From assembly GCA_965648935.1 (NCBI GenBank), contig CBFGIY010000055.1, positions 1 through 16,820 on the forward strand: a stretch of 16,820 nt of DNA, read 5' to 3'. The notes under the pieces were generated by a model that was not told where the DNA came from, ran no database searches, and saw only the letters and a program-made list of their open reading frames with translations. Position numbers and translations under genes: made by a program. The stretch's first letter is position 1, and every line of letters starts with the position of its first letter. Of the stretch, positions 14,588-16,820 are shown in pieces. This stretch comes from a candidate division WOR-3 bacterium. GTDB taxonomy: Bacteria; Hydrothermota; Tepidihabitantia; Tepidihabitantales; Tepidihabitantaceae.

Positions 14588-15157
14588 CTAGGCCGGTTCC
14601 CAGTAGAGGTCGAGGATGGTGTTGGTCGAGCCCCTGGTGCGGAAGCAGGCTTTGACCTTCATCCCGATTTCGGCCTCGCCCTTGCCCAGGTAGCCTTTCA
14701 TCACGGTGCAGGCGCCCGGTATCTTCACGTCGATCTGGTAGTAGGGGAAGCTGATCTCGATACCGTGGCCCGGATACTCGACGTGCGTGAATGTGAACAC
14801 TTCGCCGATGACCGGGTTCTTCAGTTCGACCCACTTCATCCGGGCGTGGCAGTCCGGGCAGTCGGCGCGCGGCGGCAGCCAGAAGCCCGGCTCGCAGCCC
14901 CTGGTCGGGCACTTCGTCGCCATCAGCCTGCCCTTCTTCAGCCCTTCGAAGAACGGGGAGAGCAGGCCGTAGGTGTGGTGGTGGGTGATGGTGCGCGGCC
15001 AGCCGATGACCATCGCCGGCTTGGTCTTCTCGACGACCATCGGTACGCCGATGAGCTTGACGGTGGCGGGCGCCTTGGGCTTCGCCGCCGGGTTCCTCTT
15101 CAGTGCCTTCTTCGGCGACTTGACGATCTTCTTGGGTGTCTTCTTGGCTTTCGTCAT
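14588..15157 (-). CDS. DUF35-family Zn-ribbon/OB-fold protein with Lys/Pro/Ala-rich N-terminal tail
   Basis: 'FFEGLKKGRLMATKCPTRGC...WLPPRADCPDC', 'GEVFTFTHV', 'IGMKVKACF...ILDLYWEPA'. AGGAGG RBS next to the upstream stop. Confidence 0.9.
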   Translation of the reverse strand: MTKAKKTPKKIVKSPKKALKRNPAAKPKAPATVKLIGVPMVVEKTKPAMVIGWPRTITHHHTYGLLSPFFEGLKKGRLMATKCPTRGCEPGFWLPPRADCPDCHARMKWVELKNPVIGEVFTFTHVEYPGHGIEISFPYYQIDVKIPGACTVMKGYLGKGEAEIGMKVKACFRTRGSTNTILDLYWEPA

Positions 15158-15166
15158 CTCACCCTC

Positions 15167-16549
15167 CTAGCCTTTCACCTGCTCGGGGTTCTCGAGAATG
15201 CCGCAGGTAACGTGGGAGCCGACGCCGGCGTGGGAAATCCACAGGGCGCGGCGCCGCCGGGGAATCTGGAGCGACTTCCAGTCCTTGGGCTTCTGCTTGC
15301 CGAACCGGGTCCACATCTTCGGGTTGCCGTGCATTTCGTCGTAGCGGCCCTGGAGCTGCCAGAAGCACTCGGCGCCCTGGAAGATGCCGGTCGCGCCGAC
15401 CGCGTGCATCGTGCCCAGCAGGCCGCCGGAGAGGTTCGAGGGGCAGCGGCCGCCGTAGTAGGCGTCACCCGAGGTGATGTAGTCTTCTTCCTTGCCGTAG
15501 GGGCGCAGGCCGATGTCGCCGTAGGTCTGCAGGTCGGAAATGGTGAAGGCGTCGTGGAGCTCGACGAGGTCGAGGTCTTCCATCGGGTCGTAGATGCCGG
15601 CCATCCGGTAGGCCATGTATGAGGCGAAGCGGGAGGCGAGGAAGCTCTGGAACCCGGGGTAGGGCTCGTGGTACTTCTCTTCCATCCAGTCATACATCCC
15701 CGGCTCCTCGTTGGGCAGCAGGGGCACTTCCATGTTGCGGCGGTCGGCCACGCGCAGGGTGTGGGTGCCGCCGGCAATCTGCAGCCGCATCGGGTTGTCG
15801 CTCAGGCGGTAGGCGGTCTCCTCATCGCAGAGCAGCAGCGCGGCCGAGCCGACGCTCATCACGCAGCACTCCAGAACGCGCAGCGGGTCGCAGATCATCT
15901 TGCCGTTCAGGACTTCCTCGACCGTGTGCTTGCCCGGGTTCTGGGCGAAGGGCGATGAGCAGGCGTAGAGCCGGTTCTTGACCGCGATGCGGGCGCGGAT
16001 TTCCTCCTGCACGTCGAAGAGGTGGGCGAAGCGCCGGGCCATCGGCGCGTAGTAGCTGGCGTACATCCGGGCCATTCGCGTCTCGAAGTCCTTGCAGGCC
16101 GCAGTCGAGATGTAGAAGTTGCCGGTGCGGGTGTCGACCTCGTCCATCCGTTCCCAGCCGAGCACAAGCGTGCAGTTGGAGTAGCCCGAGGCGATGGTGC
16201 TCGCGCCGATGAGGGTGGCATAGCCGCCGGTCGCGCCGCCGGTCTTGACCGACACGTTGGGCAGCGGGTCGAGCCCTAGGTAGTCGTGGACCTTGGCCTC
16301 GCAGAGGAGCTGGTCCTGGAAGTGGTCGGCAAAGTCGCCGTAGACCGACATGTTGATGAGGCCCTTGACGTCAAGGGGCGACATCTTGAGGTGGTTCTCC
16401 TCGAGCAGCATCTTGAAGGCCATCATCGTCAGCTCTTCAAGCTTGTACTCGGGATAGTACTTGCGGTAGTCCGTGGTGCCGGCGGCGACCACGTACACCG
16501 GGCGCTGGAACTGCGGCACGCGCAGGTTCCCGGGCTTGAACTTGATCAT
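15167..16549 (-). CDS. Thiolase-fold (SCPx-type) protein lacking the catalytic Cys
   Basis: 'VYVVAAGTTDY', 'VKTGGATGG' at the Cys loop, 'LVLGWERMDE', 'RIAVKNRLYACSSPFAQ', 'DLDLVELHDAFTISDL', 'NLSGGLLGTMHAVGATG'. ATG 16549 has an AGGAGG RBS. The ORF-track start at 16798 overlaps the divergent gene and promoters. Confidence 0.88.
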   Translation of the reverse strand: MIKFKPGNLRVPQFQRPVYVVAAGTTDYRKYYPEYKLEELTMMAFKMLLEENHLKMSPLDVKGLINMSVYGDFADHFQDQLLCEAKVHDYLGLDPLPNVSVKTGGATGGYATLIGASTIASGYSNCTLVLGWERMDEVDTRTGNFYISTAACKDFETRMARMYASYYAPMARRFAHLFDVQEEIRARIAVKNRLYACSSPFAQNPGKHTVEEVLNGKMICDPLRVLECCVMSVGSAALLLCDEETAYRLSDNPMRLQIAGGTHTLRVADRRNMEVPLLPNEEPGMYDWMEEKYHEPYPGFQSFLASRFASYMAYRMAGIYDPMEDLDLVELHDAFTISDLQTYGDIGLRPYGKEEDYITSGDAYYGGRCPSNLSGGLLGTMHAVGATGIFQGAECFWQLQGRYDEMHGNPKMWTRFGKQKPKDWKSLQIPRRRRALWISHAGVGSHVTCGILENPEQVKG

Positions 16550-16626
16550 CGGTATCCTCCTAGGGTCTGGTCTGACCAAACAGCGGGCCGGCCGCGCCGG
16601 GCCGCTGGCGGCGCAAAGCCCGGGCG

Positions 16627-16654
16627 ATGATAGCCGGCCGCCCGGCGGAGTCAA
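16627..16654 (-). promoter_or_regulatory. Putative sigma70 promoter for the thiolase operon (TTGACT-N16-TATCAT)
   Basis: Reverse complement of AGTCAA (16649-16654) and ATGATA (16627-16632), about 80 nt upstream of the ATG at 16549. Confidence 0.65.
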
Positions 16655-16674
16655 GCCGCGTGCGGCGGCGCGCC

Positions 16675-16702
16675 TTGCGCCGCCGCGGCCCGGTTCTATA
16701 AT
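16675..16702 (+). promoter_or_regulatory. Putative sigma70 promoter for the acyl-CoA dehydrogenase (TTGCGC-N16-TATAAT)
   Basis: Perfect -10 at 16697-16702 and TTGCGC at 16675-16680. Back-to-back with the minus-strand promoter. Confidence 0.65.
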
Positions 16703-16732
16703 TCCTGTGGCCGCCGACCCGAAAGGAAGACG

Positions 16733-16820
16733 ATGATTGACTTCAGCTTCACGGAACAGCAGCAGTTTGTCGCCCGGCTGGCCCGCGACTGGGCACAACG
16801 CGAGGTTCTGCCGACGGTCA
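16733..16820 (+). CDS. Acyl-CoA dehydrogenase family protein, 5' fragment (runs off the window)
   Basis: Not in the ORF track. It translates as MIDFSFTEQQQFVARLARDWAQREVLPTV, the typical ACAD N-terminus (DF.L.EEQ......AR.FA..E..P). AAAGGA RBS. Confidence 0.75.
   Translation, partial: MIDFSFTEQQQFVARLARDWAQREVLPTV

Noticed and set aside
16550..16798. 83-aa N-terminal extension of the thiolase in the ORF track
   Set aside because: It is low-complexity R/A/P sequence that overlaps two promoters and the divergent ACAD. ATG 16549 has a strong RBS.

Overview
GC-rich bacterial chromosomal window from a probable anaerobe. The gene style, especially the large propeller/Ig proteins with T9SS-like C-terminal domains, suggests an FCB-group lineage such as candidate division WOR-3; this assignment is an inference. 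From left to right the window holds: (1) an etfB-etfA-hdrA-mvhD operon with no hdrBC or mvhAG; (2) two paralogous large secreted proteins (beta-propeller + Ig-like + Kelch-like propeller + T9SS-like CTD) behind a consensus sigma70 promoter and a boxA-like leader; (3) a minus-strand cluster of two Cys-less thiolase-fold (Ltp-like aldolase-type) genes and three DUF35 Zn-ribbon/OB-fold genes, divergent from an acyl-CoA dehydrogenase that starts at the right edge. The main finding lies inside the thiolase cluster: an opposite-strand cassette of about 0.75 kb that encodes a sigma70-region-4-like HTH fragment and a 121-aa protein. By eye, this protein aligns almost without gaps to the major capsid protein of archaeal rudiviruses (SIRV2 fold, Adnaviria), which wraps DNA in A-form. 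No other viral genes are visible, so it is a candidate domesticated capsid-derived DNA-binding protein in a bacterium. All four recognisable promoters share a 16-nt spacer and a C before both hexamers.
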